Origin: Adineta vaga | Lineage: Eukaryota > Animalia > Rotifera | Assembly: GCA_021613535.1 (NCBI GenBank) | Contig: CP075493.1 | Span: forward strand, 17,360,001 to 17,424,000 | Direction of reading: 5' to 3' | Length of the DNA stretch: 64,000 bases | Part shown: positions 10,495 to 24,256 of the stretch, piece by piece | How positions within the stretch are numbered: position 1 is the first letter of the stretch | How the letters are laid out: every line of letters begins with the position of its first letter | Made by a program: the position numbers and the translations under genes | Notes under the pieces: generated by a model | The model's database searches: none | What the model was told of the DNA's origin: nothing | Seen by the model: the letters and a program-made list of their open reading frames with translations, nothing else

Positions 10495-12611
10495 GTAATA
10501 TTTGTAGTATTAGTGTCGAATAGCATTGAATTTGGTGGTTTTTTCTTCACTAATAAATGTTGAAGCGATTTGTTAGTGCTTGTACCAATTTTTAACATGA
10601 CATTATTCATTGGTGAACCTGCGGATAGATATAATACTTATTCCATAGTTGACGTAAGTTTTGTTTAAAATCTGACATTGGTCCACTAGAATAAGTAAAA
10701 TCAACACGAATTTCTTTGTTATTCCACTTTTTATATTCCTCTTCTGTTTCATTTGATGAAAATTGATTTTGATCTGAAATTATCTGTTGTAGTTGTCGTT
10801 CTCGTCGTGTTGGTAGTTTGATTAGTTTTGATGCAGTTGCCCATAAATCTCATTATCTAATTGTTCCATTAGTGATAGAGCATTATTTTGTTGAAAGAAC
10901 TTTTTGAAATAATATGAAATAAATTTTGGAGGATAGCCATTCAACAATAACGTTAGTTCAATATTTAATCGCTCTTGGTTGAAATCTTCAACATGTGAAC
11001 AAAGACGTACTGCTCGAAAAAGAGCACCCTTTATTGTATTACGATGAATATGACGTGGATGATCGAAAAGAAATAGTAGAATGTAAGGTGCCGCTGCTGG
11101 ATTGTGAAAGAGAGTAGTTTTCAATTGTCCATGATTATTATATACTGACACATCAAGAAATTGTGCAGTTGATCCAACTGATCGAGTAATACGGATATTT
11201 CCATCTTTGTTATTTGCTTGATCAAGTACTATATTGATTAGATCTGTTGAAAGATTGGTGGTCATGAAAACATCATCAATATATCTATAAAATAAATTCA
11301 CACAAGAAAATCAATGAAAACTTCTTCTTTTACCTTCCATATAATTCATTTTGAACTTTTTGATGTTCAATCAATGATTGTTCCCATTTCAACATATAAA
11401 TATTAGCTAAAGCCATAGTAAATGGTGAACCCATCGCTCCACCACGAATTCGTTTATAATATTTTCCTTCGAAAACAAAAGAATTTGTATCCAAAACTGA
11501 ATTAGATAGCTTCATAAGAGTATCAATTGTCATGCCATTGATTCGACCATTTCTTGCATGTTTATTTAAGAAGTGTTCTAGAGCAAGAAGTGATCCATCT
11601 CGTGGTATCATTGTATACAGATTCGTGACATCGAATGTAATAAAACTTGTTGTTGGTGTTAAACGACCAATATTATGATAGAGTTCTAATCGTCGAATGA
11701 AGTGAATATCATTAATAAATGTTGTTTGTCTAGTTGCTTGATCAAATATTGGACGAAGAACTTGATCAAGAAAATGTGAAACACCAATTGCTGGTGATCG
11801 CATCATTGAAATAATTGGTCTTAAAGGCGTACCAATCTAAAAACAAGAATAAATTGAATGTATTCTAAGATCTTTTCTTTGAAACACTAGTTACTTTGTG
11901 TGGTTTTGGTATAAAATAAAGATGAGGCAGTTCAATTGTTTCAATATTTGGATACATATATTGTTTCCATATGTTGAGATTAATAGCGTTATTCTTTAGC
12001 AATAGATTCAGTAATGTTAAGATCTGTTGACAATGTTCCTTATATGGATTAATACCACTTTCAATTTCTTTATAAGCTTGAGTTTTCTCCATATATGCAA
12101 ATGACTTGTGATAATAACTGTCAGCACTGGCTAAATGAAATACTTTACTTTTATCTGATCTTTGTATAATCATGTGATGTTTATTCCGAATACGTTTGGT
12201 ATTTTTGATCATTTGTTGTTCACGTTGAGCACGAGCTAATAATCTGGATGGTAGTGGTTTTGTATATGATAGATATAATAGATCTTTAATGGAAGCAAAA
12301 AAGTCACTGGCTCGTTGACCATAAGCTGATACACAATTATCATGAAAATCAATTTTAAAAGATTTAATCAATATTTCATATTCTTTTGTAATGATTATAT
12401 CCATTGGTAAGTTTGAAAAATGACTTTGACAGCACGAAACGAAAGGTGGACCATTAGCAAGAAATTCGATGTAATTTGATGAAGGAAATGGAGCTACTTC
12501 AATGATTGGTGATGATAGACGAATATGACTGAGTCTATTTAGAGTATTGCTCCGATGATTGTGCCAGCCAGTTGCTTTTCTTCTGTAACCATCGGAGCGT
12601 TGTCGAAAAAA
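10491..12611 (-). pseudogene. Penelope-like (Athena) reverse transcriptase with two introns
   Basis: RSDKSK, LYFIPKPHK|intron|IGTPLRPIIS, FDVTNLYTMIP, GGAMGSPFTMALANIYM, YGR|intron|YIDDVF, FLDV, HPRHIHRN, LNGYP; C-terminus ends KKKPP with no endonuclease; lesions near 10822 and 10610. Confidence 0.9.
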
Positions 12612-14084
12612 GACACTTTGTGATTAGTAATCAATTGAGCACGTTTAATAATATTTGATTGACGTGTAGAAATAGCATTTAAAATACAAACAAATGAATT
12701 TGGTAATGGAATCTGATTACCGGCGGATTCAACTAACTTTTTCTTTTCACAAGCAATAATATTTGTATGATTTCGCATTATTTGTTCACTTGTAACAATT
12801 TTTAATGACATTAAATCATATTTAAATTGAGCAATAATCTTTTGACGTCGAGATAATATTGTAGCAGATTCATCTTCATGGAGTGTTAGATTTGTAATCA
12901 TTTTTTTGATGTTATCAATTGAATGATCAAGAACATTGAATGAAGTTGGTAATCGTCTTGTGTAGAGACGTTGTTTTAATATGGCCACATGTTCCTCTGA
13001 TTGTTGTTTGTCCATAGTTGCTTGCCAGATGATTTTTGCTGATATAATCTAAATATGAAAACATATTCTTAAAGGATAAAACTGAAGTATAATAATTGAA
13101 ATCTGATCTTCAGACGGTTTTAGATTATAGAATGCTTGAACTAGACGATAATCATTAGCATGAAATTGTAATAATGATTTTTTTCGTTGAAAATCTGCAG
13201 ATAATTTATGTTGACCTTTACGTACAAATGCAGTAATTAAAGTCGATAATCTAACTAACTCGGTAGACTGTTCAATTTCTAATTGTTTATGTTGGTTCAA
13301 TTTCATTTCAGCTTGTTTCAATTGTTCAATAGTAGTTTGTCGATATTTTTCAACGTTCTTTTGTGTTACAAACTGAATTTGATCAAGTCTATTCTGTTTA
13401 ATAAATCGTTTAGATAAGTTCATGGACCATATTCCTGTGGTAACAGCTATTTTATGATAATTCTCCCAAAAATCTTGTTTCAATCTTAAATAGAATAAAT
13501 CATTGATAAGTTGAGCATATTCACGAGCATATTGTAATTTTTCTGTTGTATCTAATAATTGGATTATATGTTCAGCACCTTTTAAAGCCATTGATAATAT
13601 TTTTTTGAAAGTATAATCTGGTGTATTCAAATAATTTGGTTTTACATTTGATGTTGACTTTTTAGAGTTGTCCTTTGGTTGGAATACATTGTCCATTGTA
13701 GTAGTAGTAGCAGCAGCAGCAGCAACAACAGAGCGCAACCGTTTTTCTAATGTTTGTGCAAAGGAAATTGTACTTACTGATGTTGTGACTCCCATCGGTC
13801 GTGTTTCTCGTTTTCGCTTTGTTATCATTGTTCGATCATCTTGTATTTCCTATTTTGTCTTAATACATAAAAGAAAATATTCTTAAACAAATTTATATGA
13901 TACCTGTTGATCGGATTCAATAAAATCTTCCATATTGATATTCAAATCCACTGGATCATTCACTTGTTCATTAACATGTTGACGTGATGGCTCATTATAT
14001 GCATTAATCATCCTTGTTATTGTTTCAGCATTTAATTCTTGTTTTTTTCAGTTTTGCTCTAATTCTTTGTAACTTGCGATTACC
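12539..14084 (-). pseudogene. Athena ORF1 (coiled-coil protein), intron-containing, 5' truncated
   Basis: ORFs 13049-13828 and 12539-13015 are joined by an intron whose donor appears mutated (AT for GT); helical K/Q/E-rich; basic KRKRE patch. Confidence 0.7.
12549..12611 (-). promoter_or_regulatory. Programmed -1 ribosomal frameshift signal (ORF1 to RT)
   Basis: Slippery U UUU UUC (12611-12605), 6-nt spacer, 12-bp stem GCUCCGAUGGUU/AAUCAUCGGAGC; the -1 frame is open into the RT ORF. Confidence 0.85.
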
Positions 14085-14210
14085 AGTGTGTGTTTGGGTG
14101 TATGGACGTGGGTGGGGATGTGGGTGAAATCATGGGTGGAGGTGTGAGTGGTGGGTGAAATCGTGGGTGGGGGTATAGAGATGAGTGTTGGGTGAAATTT
14201 ATTTCACCCA
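14085..14210 (+). repeat. Degenerate G-rich telomere-like tract at the 5' truncation point of Athena
   Basis: GTGTGTGTTTGGGTG..GTGGGTGGGGATGTGGGTG.. ending in palindrome TGGGTGAAAT..ATTTCACCCA. Confidence 0.6.
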
Positions 14211-16216
14211 GAAAAAGTTAGCATTCCGTTTTCGAAGGTGGATACATATTTTAGCAATAACATGAAAGCCGTTTTCTCGTATCTTAAGTTTTCAGATCAA
14301 TCCATCTCACTATTGAGTCAAGCTGAAAATACCCGACTTCCAAAGTTGAGGGTTAAGTGAGTCGGCATGACGAGCGTTACTTGTCGATATGTTTCGTGGA
14401 AATCGATTAGGACATCAATTTAATTTAAATTGTCAATGTTTTACATCAAATATACAAATGAGAAATATAATACAAACATTTCTTATATGATTTAATGAAA
14501 GTAATCCTGATTATGTTTATATAAAATATCCTTATCAAAATATTTTAGAACTTTACTCAAAAATTTATAATCAAACAATACGAATATTAGTTAAAATAAA
14601 TATTTAAATCAAATTTATAAGTATAGTTTGTGATTGTTTATCTACATTGATGATCTTCGTCAATCAATACTTGAATATATTTAAATGAATTAGATTAGTT
14701 TTTCAATGTAACAAATAATTTTTCAAATATTCTTAATTCATGTGAATAAAGTTATATAGATAATAACATTTCTTGGTTTATATGATGGATTTAAATGATT
14801 TACTTAGCATAGTTCAAATATTTATTAGAAAATACGTCGATATTTTGGTATTCGTCGTTAAAAAACTGAAGTTGTAACAATAAATTCAAATTTATTTAAA
14901 ACACTTTTCAATGTTGTATTGTAAATCAATAGAAAATATGTCTTAATAATCTATTAATATTCTTCTAATTTCTTTAGATCATCTTCTAATTATTATATAT
15001 TGAAATGATATACATTTCTAGTTTGTATCTATTTCGATTATTTAAATAATTGTTTTAAAAGATTTAAGTTGTATTCTTTTCATATAATTGAATCTTGTCT
15101 TCAAATATCGTATGTTTAATAAACAAAACAAGATAATCTGAGAAAATAAATAAGAATATATTAAAATTCATTCTATCCTCACGCTCAAGATTAAACAAAA
15201 TAATTATTCAATTCTTTATAAAAGAACATTTTCGTTCAAAGATGTTGTTTTCTAATTAAATATTAGTAAAAATGAGATCAATCTAAAAAATTTTAAATAA
15301 TTCTTCCTACTAGATAATTAATTTCGCCATTTCTCTCTCTGTCTCTCTTAGTTCTTTGCAAACTTAACAAAATGGCATTACCTTGAACATTAATAATTAT
15401 CTCGTATATATGATCGAAATAAATTACGTTTGATATCTTTTTCTCAATATACATGTTCCTATGTATGTATAGAAATGAAATATGATTCCCATCTTTTTCG
15501 TGTATAAGGATAGGACACAAACAAATGACGTGACTTATATCATGGCTCACTTCTGTTCTTACATAATATAGATGCTGTACATCATCTATTTAGAAAGGTT
15601 CTTACAAGAATTTTGAATCATATTGTAGTGTAAAAGTTCTTAAATTTGGTGCGAAATTTAACAAGTCCAAGAAGAATGTTACATGAAAATCAATGATTTA
15701 TTAACTTTCGTTCGATTTGGCAATGATCTGAAACAAACAACCACTGATATGCAAGCAACAATCACAAAAGATTCGTTCATTGACGTGTCATTCCTATAGA
15801 AATTCAGTACAATACTTTCGTACAAATGGATGAGAGAAAATCTTACCAAATTTTTCTGAAAAATGTCAATATTTATTATTACAGGTGTTACCTCAAGAAA
15901 AAAAATCATTTAATTAACTTTATTTTACGTAAAATGTTTCAATTAATTAGTCTACATATTTATATTCAACAGTATAATTCTGTACGACCTACGATAAAAT
16001 GGTTACAGAACAACAAAATACACCCACCCACTCGCCCTTGAGATCATATAAAGAAAAATAGAAAATAAAATTTGACTTATTTTCTCTGGATCACTCGTTA
16101 ATAGAGAAATTTGTTTTTCATTTAAATAAAAACGTGACATATTAGAATTTATGCATATCAGTTTTAGAAGTTAAAAAAGATTTTCTCACACAACTACTGA
16201 AAGTGAAGTCTCAAAT

Positions 16217-17190
16217 ATGTCTCTTGTGACATTAAATATCATTAAAAATGACTCGTCGATTGGCTCATCGTCTCAACTCACCACACCTGATATAGAAAAC
16301 AAAGTATTCTTCTATACTTTTATTCTTTTGAACATTCTCTCTGTCACGTGCAACGTCGATCTTCTAATTCACTATTTTCTTGACCAACGAAAATAACCTG
16401 CACAACGTTTCTTTACTTTTACTATTGTCAGTCTTTTAATCGTTTTAATTTTCGTAACAGCTATCGATATACTTTTCATTTTAATTCCACAAATAGAAGG
16501 AATTTATTATTTTGGAAGTTTACAAAATCCTCAATCTTTCTGCATCTTTTCGACACTATACTTTACATCGTTGAACTTTGGTTGATGTCTCTGATAAGCT
16601 GTGAACATTACTTGCTCATCTTTCATTCAAATTTTACACAGAAAACAAAAGTAAAACAATTTTGATGGTTACGTTTCTTATTATCTTACATTTTTACAGA
16701 TATCCTTGTTTTTATCGAAAAGCCAGTCCGCAGTTACACGTTACCAGTTTCTATAATCATCGTTTTCGATCTACTTCTAATTGGACACGTCGTCTATCAA
16801 AAGCAGCACATATTGAAAATACTTTCAGTAAATTCTACTAACGCTAACAAACTACAAAAAATGTAGAAAACTGGGAAACGTACAAAGAAACTTTTCACAC
16901 AATTTTTACCACTTACAATTCTCTTTGTTCTAACCGAACTACCATGGGCACTTCGTCAAGCACTCCGAAGCATTCTTCCTGGGTTTTTCAATGGTATTTC
17001 AGAAGAATTGGAAATTTTTTTAGCAAATCTTACGGCATTATATCAATTGCTCATAGTATTTACAATTTTCTTGAATCAACGCGAATTAAGATCAAAATTT
17101 CGACAACTAATGAAAAGACTGTGCACGAAACGACGAAGAATAATAGTTGAAGTAAATCGAATCATACCACTGTCAACTCGTCGAGAGTGA
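16217..17190 (+). pseudogene. Rhodopsin-like 7TM GPCR pseudogene
   Basis: Hydrophobic segments across several frames (FILLNILSVTCN, LMSLISCEHYLLIFH, YQLLIVFTIFLNQRELRSKFRQ); frameshifts. Confidence 0.55.
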
Positions 17191-17385
17191 AAACTCACTT
17201 TGTTGATTAGATATTACGTTTTTTTCTTTCTGCTTTATTTTATTCAAAGAATGATATTTCTGAGCGTTTACTTTTGTCATTTAGTTTTCGTTGCGACATT
17301 CAACTTAAAACTATTTTCTTTATAAGTAAATTAGAAATTCAGTACTTTTTGTTGAACAAGAATAGATGAGAAACGTGGACGATTT

Positions 17386-18478
17386 TTACTGGATAATTAC
17401 TGATGCTGGACCACTCACTGATACAGAAAATGATCCTGTAACATTCGGTGCATAGGTAGTAACTACTAAGTCATGTACTATAGAGGAAAAAAGATAGTCT
17501 AATATACGGAACTGTTGTAAACCAGCACTGTCATCATTTCCCGTACGTAAATTCAGCTTAGGATTAGTTGCGTTAAATGGTCCGTAATATAAATATCCAT
17601 ATAGATCGATAGCACTATTACTTTTAATTTCATAATAACCAGTGGTGTTGACAAATACTCGGCGTACAATATAATAGTGGGCATTATATTGTGACAAATA
17701 AGGTGGTTTATATGTTGGACTCATTGTTGTTAACACAGCCGAAAAAGTTGTTGTTGCCGGGTATACTATGTTGAACGAAATTGATATTGATTAAATATGT
17801 AAAAGAAAAACAAAAGAGATAATTTCAACGCTTTATTCATGATATTTAACTGCCTTTAGTACCTATTACTTCATTATGTCTTGTCTGAAATGGCTATGAT
17901 TGAGAAGAAGAAATGAGACTCGTATTCATTCGATATGTATCGGTGAATAGCTTTGTCTTTCTCCATTAGAATTACTTACTTGAATGCGGAGATCCATTTT
18001 CAGTTGTTTGTGAGGAATCTCTTCGTGCAAATACAACAGCCATTGGAACAAAAATAATTGCCAAAACTATTATTCCACACCAGCCAAACACGCAAATGTC
18101 AGTTTTAGTACACGGGTTATTATCAGGTTCCATGGCTGTTGCATTATTAGTTTCTTCGGGATGTATACGTCTAAGATTTCGTGAACCAGTTCGTAGTGGT
18201 GGCAAAGTGACTGTGCTATGTTGTGCATTGTATGAAACGACTGAATTTCGACGACGCGCCGCCAATTGTCTCAAATGATCATCGGGTAGTAATTCATTCA
18301 GTTGCAATGGTTGTCTAGTAAATGGACTAGTACCATGTTCATTAATCCATTGTGTGATTGCTGATCGTTCATAGACACGTCCATCATTTGCAATTACTGG
18401 ATCACGAAATAATTCCATTGTAATAGGACAAATAAGATCGTCATTATCGATATTTTGCTCACTGTTAATTCGTGCCAT
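17386..18478 (-). CDS. U-box E3 ligase domain + single TM + C-terminal PPC-like beta domain (spliced)
   Basis: LICPITMELFRDPVIANDGRVYERSAITQWI..TSPFTRQ..L.P (U-box); TM GIIVLAIIFVPMAVVFA; final exon DLYGYLY..NDDSAG..QF..LVVTTYAPNVTGSFSVSVSGP. Confidence 0.8.
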
Positions 18479-18802
18479 AACGAATGGATGTGAAGATCAA
18501 ACGGAACCAGTTTATTTACTTTGTTATGTGAATCATGACACTTGTTCTGTTTTTCAAAAAGAAACATTCATCATCGCTTGACGATGTTAAGAAAATAAGA
18601 AAACAAAAATCGATTTCTTCCAACTTAAACAAAGTAATATGAGCATATGAATGTAAATGAAAAACAGGAAAATGGCTATATTTCTACATTCAATTAATTC
18701 AGTTTTTTATTTAGATTATTAGCATATCACATTATTAGAGAATAAAAGAAAGAGTAATCATTGTATACTACGATGAATTCCATCTTTTCACAAGCATATT
18801 CA

Positions 18803-18856
18803 TCTTGGGGGTGAGGATGAAAGAAGATAAGATTATCCATACCTACACCCACACCC
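18803..18856. repeat. Inverted telomere-like palindromic element (degenerate)
   Basis: TCTTGGGGGTGAGGATG-AAAGAAGATAAGATTAT-CCATACCTACACCCACACCC. Confidence 0.65.
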
Positions 18857-18970
18857 GTTTCAGGGTTAAATTTCATTATTAAAACAAAAGACATCTTAAA
18901 TTTGATTGTAAAGACTTAATTTGACCGTTTCTAGTTTGAATTATGTCTTCTAAATCATTTTAAGACTTAA

Positions 18971-19014
18971 GCTATTTGATGAAGAACTGTAATAGACTCG
19001 AACCCAGTCATGGC
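18971..19014 (+). ncRNA. Degenerate hammerhead ribozyme remnant
   Basis: GCUAU-UUGAUGA-..-CGAA-CCCA-GUC-AUGGC; stem I pairs, but core and stem II are mutated. Confidence 0.5.
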
Positions 19015-19438
19015 AGCTTGTCTCATTGAAAATATTGAGTAGAAAATGATCAAATAATGAATAAATATTAGTTTAATTTTTTATCATTGGTAACATTGAC
19101 GATAAGAACTATGTACATAGAAATGCACTTAAAAATGTTTCATACAAAGTTGCAATCTTATTTGATCGACTCTTTGAGAACATTTTTCTTTATTATACGA
19201 ATGTTTCTAAAAATTATCCATTGTATTAAAAATAGTCAACATATAAAGCATCTTAAGTCAAATTACAAAAGAGTCAAAAGAGATTAAGTATAATGCCAAT
19301 TATTTGTATAGTCTACTTATATTTTAATTGAAATTGAAGAGTTTAACATCAAGATTGTTTTTCTTCTCGAAACTCGTAGTTTAAAATTAAAGATCATCGA
19401 GAAAAATTCTTTCATATTTCACTAGAATTATTCTAAGA

Positions 19439-20376
19439 ATGTCGTTGTTATACATTTCTCAACAAATTTTAGTTTATAATGGAATAGCTTTTCTTCTTTT
19501 TGAAGGATTAGGTAATACAATCAATGTTTACATATTTTCAAGTATTTAAATATATCGTCGAACACCTACAACATTTTATTTTCTCAATGAATCAATATAC
19601 AAAAGTCTTTTCTTACTGATTAATCTTATATCTCGTATAATAGCTTTCAGTTATGGATACGATTTTGCAAATATCTCATCACAATGGTGGAAATTACGGC
19701 AAATTCTACTAACGATAGCGGGTACTATGCCAGTTACTTTCACATGTTTATCTACAATTGATCAATATTTAATCACATCATCAAATGCATCATTACGTCA
19801 AATGAGTCAAATGAAAATAGCTTATCAAATTATTATTCCAGTTATTATTGTTTGTTGTCTTCTTCATGCAGTTTCTTTTTGTTTATATTATCATATTTCA
19901 TCAGTGACTCGTACATGTATTTGTATAAATCCTATATTTTTCTTGTTGTTCTTTGTGCAATTCCATTGACAATTATGTGTATATTTGCAATTTTAACTTA
20001 TCAAAATCTTCATCGAACAATTGTTCTTGCTGAACAACGTGTTGATCGACAAATATTAAAAATGACTTTCTTACAAATCATTCTTACCTTAGTTTTCCTT
20101 GGTTTATTAGGTGTTTTTCAAGCATACAAACTGTTTACAACTAATGTTTACAAAGATCAAAATCAAGTCATGATTGAATATTTTGCATATACAATTGTTA
20201 GTACTGAATCAACATTTTATTATACTGTATGTTTATATATTGTTTTTCTACTAAGAATTTTTTGTTAGACAAGTTTCTATATATTTTTGTTCTCATCAAG
20301 TCGGTTTCGTCGAACAATCAAAGAACGATTATTTCTTCAAAGAAATAGAAATGTATTTGTTCATCCAACTCGATAA
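19439..20376 (+). pseudogene. Rhodopsin-like 7TM GPCR pseudogene
   Basis: GLGNTINVYIFS*, TFYFL, CLSTIDQYL, FYIFLFSSSRFRRTIK; in-frame stop near 19547 and frameshift near 19930. Confidence 0.75.
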
Positions 20377-20941
20377 ATGTTGTAAAATATGTCAAATGAG
20401 TCTATGTATCTTTTTGTTTAAGTTGTGTTTGATCTTTTATACAAACACTAGTTGAAATATTGAAACTAAATGTACGAAGAAGCCTTATAAGGGTGTGGGT
20501 GTAATTATTCTATTCATCCTCACCTTTACCAAAGGATAGACAATTACAGTTTCTTGCTTATTTTTGAGTCGAATCGAGTTGATGGCTTTGATGTCTAAGA
20601 TTTAATGTTGATTTTGGAGTTATCTATTTACTCTATCAAAACATGTTATTAGTGTTTTGGAACCGAGAATGCCTTCGAGAACTGCAAGGCGTATCACCAA
20701 TACGCAGTTTAATACATCGACACTCGCCTTTTCCTCTATGATATGGCATCAATCAACGGAATGGAACTGGAATTTCTTTGGAATTAAGAAAAAAAATGCT
20801 CAATGTGATTGATGTCATTTTTAACGAGTATAAATCAAATTTTTGAAAGTATGGCATATATAAAAAATGATCGATCTCCTCATTCTGGATTATCTATTTG
20901 CATTCGCTTTGCGCCTTATCGATTCGTGTCTCGACCATATA

Positions 20942-21012
20942 TGGGCGTGGGTGTGAAAGGCAAGGTCTCTCTTTTATTGCCCACCCACACCCACATTCCC
21001 CCACCCTCAAGA
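20942..21012. repeat. Inverted telomere-like palindromic element
   Basis: TGGGCGTGGGTGTG-spacer-CCCACCCACACCCAC..CCACCCTCAAGA; a weaker copy lies at ~20490-20530. Confidence 0.75.
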
Positions 21013-21658
21013 TGGCTCTATTAGTGAATGAAATGTTCGCAAGCAAAATTATCAATATGAACAGAAAATATCGTCAATGAAAGATGTGGTAAAATAATTT
21101 GCGTGAACAAATTAAATTTCATTCGTTGAATTATGATTGCGCGTTTGCGCAGCTTTTTTTGTAAAATTGATTTCGAAATTATTCATTTATAGCGTACCTT
21201 TGGTGCTTTTGTTAATCAAAATATTCAATTTCAATAAATATTATTATTAGACCAATTTTGTCTTCATTTATATTCTTCGTTTATGTGAGTAAAGATATAA
21301 ATAAAGAAGAAGTAGATGCTCACCTTAACGGACTCAACGAAAAAAGAAACAATAAAAGAGGCAAAGTGAAATGTGTTGATAGTGCTCTTACAATATATCG
21401 TTGATAGGACAGAAAAGAAAACTTTATGATAAAAGCAAAGAACAGATACGGGCATGCGAATACATTGTAACTTTTTATCTAGTATTTTTTCATTGTTGGA
21501 AATTTCCAAGTTAAATATTTTCAGTAATTTTTCATTTCGGTTATCACAACTTCACATAAAACTATAGTGTTAGCCAATGATTTTCAAATAATATGGCTTA
21601 ATAATCGTTTAAATGACTGAAAAAATTAGGCGATATAAATACAATTGAACAGACAACT

Positions 21659-23284
21659 ATGATTTCACAACAAGTAAATGAACATAATTATGCCGATGTT
21701 GAACAAGCACATGACATTCTTATCGTGTGGTTGGACAATTCCATTCACAATAATAATCGAGACTATCATAATACAATTACATAACTTCAACAAGTTGTTC
21801 ACGATATTCACACATTCACTGATAACGATCAGTGTATAGAATTCATTCTCAACACCATCGACACAAAAGTATGTATGATTGTTTCAGGATCAATTGGACA
21901 ACATATCGTGCCGTGCATACATGATATCTCACAAATTGATTCTATTTTCATTTTCTGCGGCAATAAAAATCAACATGAACAATGGGTAAAACCATGGTTC
22001 AGAATAAAAGGTGTTTTTATAGACATCACACACATCTCTCAACAATTACAACAAATAATTCGTCAATATGAACATAATACCATGCCGATGAGTTTTGTGG
22101 CATTTGGAAAACGATTGGATCAATTAGATCCATCATTTATGTATACACAAATCATCAAAGAAATATTATTGACCATCAAATTCGAAGATAAACACATCAA
22201 ACAATTTGTCGATTATTATTGTGATGCATTTGTTAACAATGAAATCGACCGGAAGAAAGTTAAGCAATTGGAATGTGGATATTATCAGAAAACACCCATT
22301 TGGTGGTATACAACAGAGAGATTTTTGTATGGAATGTTGAATCGTGCTTTACGAATGATAGATGGTGAGGTGATTACATTGATCGGTTTCTTTATCAGTG
22401 ATCTTCATCGGCATATTGAAGAATTGCACAAACAACAAATTCAAAACACCTCTTCTGCTGAAATCTTTACAGTTTATCGTGGTCAAGGTTTGACAAAGAG
22501 AGATTTTGATGACATGGTGAAATCGAAAGGTGGACTAATGTCATTCCATAATTTTTTATCAACAAGCAATGATCGCAAGGTCGCCTTGTCTTATGCCGAA
22601 AGTAATAGTGACAAATATGGCCTCATAGGTATCATATTCTCGATGAAAATCGATCCTATTCAATCCACAGCAGCATATGCCTCAGTTGGAGACATCAGTA
22701 GCTTTGAAGAAGAAAATGAAATTCTGTTTTCGATGCATACTGTTTTTCGTATAGATGATATCATTGCAATGGATGGTAATGAGCGACTGTATGAGGTGAA
22801 GTTGCGGTTGACAACTGACAATGATGCAGAATTAAGTGTACTTACTAAGCAAATTCGAGAAGAAAATTTTCCAAATTCCGAAGGATGGTACAGAATGAGT
22901 TTGGTTCTAGCTGATATGAGGCAATGTGACATTGCTGAACGAATATGTCAATTTCTACATGCTCAGACAATAAATCAGAGCAAAAACACACACACTTATA
23001 ATCAACTTGGTTTGATTAAATGTAGTCGAGGAAAATACGATGAGGCCTTAAACCTTTTTAGAAAATCTCTAGAAATGAAACTACAATCACTTCCTTCCAA
23101 TCATCCTGATGTGGCTTTATCCTACAAAAACATCGGTACATTGTATTCCGAAAGGGGTGATTATTTGAATGGTTGTTCATTTTTCGAATATGCTCTCCAA
23201 ATTGGACAACGATTACTACCATCGAGCCATCCTCATCTACATCTCTATAAAACGAACTGTGAAAATGCCAGAAAGAAGTTGTAA
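21659..23284 (+). CDS. RSE-type (ARTC/cholera-toxin-like) ADP-ribosyltransferase with N-terminal receiver-like domain and C-terminal TPRs; premature stop at 21782
   Basis: IVWLD, WWYT..LYGMLNRALR, VYRGQ, FLSTS, EEENEILF, TPR units (YNQLGLI..GKYDEAL, HPDVALSYKNIG); in-frame TAA 21782-21784 upstream of the 469-aa ORF. Confidence 0.85.
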
Positions 23285-23668
23285 TTCGTGCGTATTTTCT
23301 CTTGAGAAGAAAGCAAACATATGAACGATGTGGCTAACAGCGACATATCTAGACCGTTTCTGAAAATTATTAGTATAGTTCACCTTTAGATTTCCCAAAA
23401 TATTCTCGACGTTGATAAATCTTCATGAGTACTTTTTGGAGTCGAATTGTAAAGCTGAGGAAACATAGATTTCCGTTAAATTTAATGTTATCTTTTTGTA
23501 CATATATTGATTTTAAAATGTAGTTTCTTATGTTGCTGATTAAAGTACTTCTCTATTTCGTTGTACTCTGTAATTATTATTTGCTACTAATTCGTTCTGT
23601 GAAAAAAATAAACAAAACACTTATTTATTTTGCAGCGTTGGTATGACGTTAAGAATTAAACAAACTCT

Positions 23669-23721
23669 TTTTGAAGATGTGAGTGTGAGTAAGTCAAAAG
23701 AATAACGACACCCACACCCTC
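23669..23721. repeat. Inverted telomere-like palindromic element (degenerate)
   Basis: TTTTGAAGATGTGAGTGTGAG-spacer-CACCCACACCCTC. Confidence 0.65.
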
Positions 23722-24256
23722 TGTCTGTATATTATGGTCACTGGAAAAAATCTTATTAGAACGAATAAAAGTAATCATATATATGCAAGAAAAGAAAGAG
23801 AACGAGCATGAAAAATATCTATACTATGATTCATCTTATGATATATTCTAATTACGTGCTATAATAGTTGTTATTGTCTCCATATCCAACCATACTGGGA
23901 AAAAAAGAAAAAAGCTCGCATAGACAACCACTTCGTCATTACTTGTATTTCAAGTTTATTATCCAGTACAAAATGGTTTTTTCCAATTTAGTTAATCGCT
24001 CCGAGACTATCGCCGTATATATTACGGCTTGTAAACCTTCATATTTATTAAACTCAATTGTTTTGATGTTTTGTTTTCTTTTTCTATTTCAAAGTTTTTT
24101 TTATCTGCATCGTTACAATAAGAACAAATATTATAATTACAATAGTTAATATTCTTCAGATTTTATAACGGATTCTGACGTTACAACATCAGAAGTAAAG
24201 ATCAATTTACTGTATACGCGAACTTATTGCAAGACGTCTCATCATCGCTGTAAACA

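Larger units (their letters stand above)
7531..14084 (-). mobile_element. Athena/Terminon-type Penelope-like retroelement (endonuclease-less), 5' truncated, decayed
   Basis: Co-oriented coiled-coil ORF, intron-containing PLE RT without GIY-YIG domain, second coiled-coil paralog, 3' region with two hammerhead ribozymes and reverse-complement telomere-like repeats. Confidence 0.85.

Noticed and set aside
14500-15150. Possible LRR/F-box remnant on the minus strand
   Set aside because: Too degenerate to support without a search
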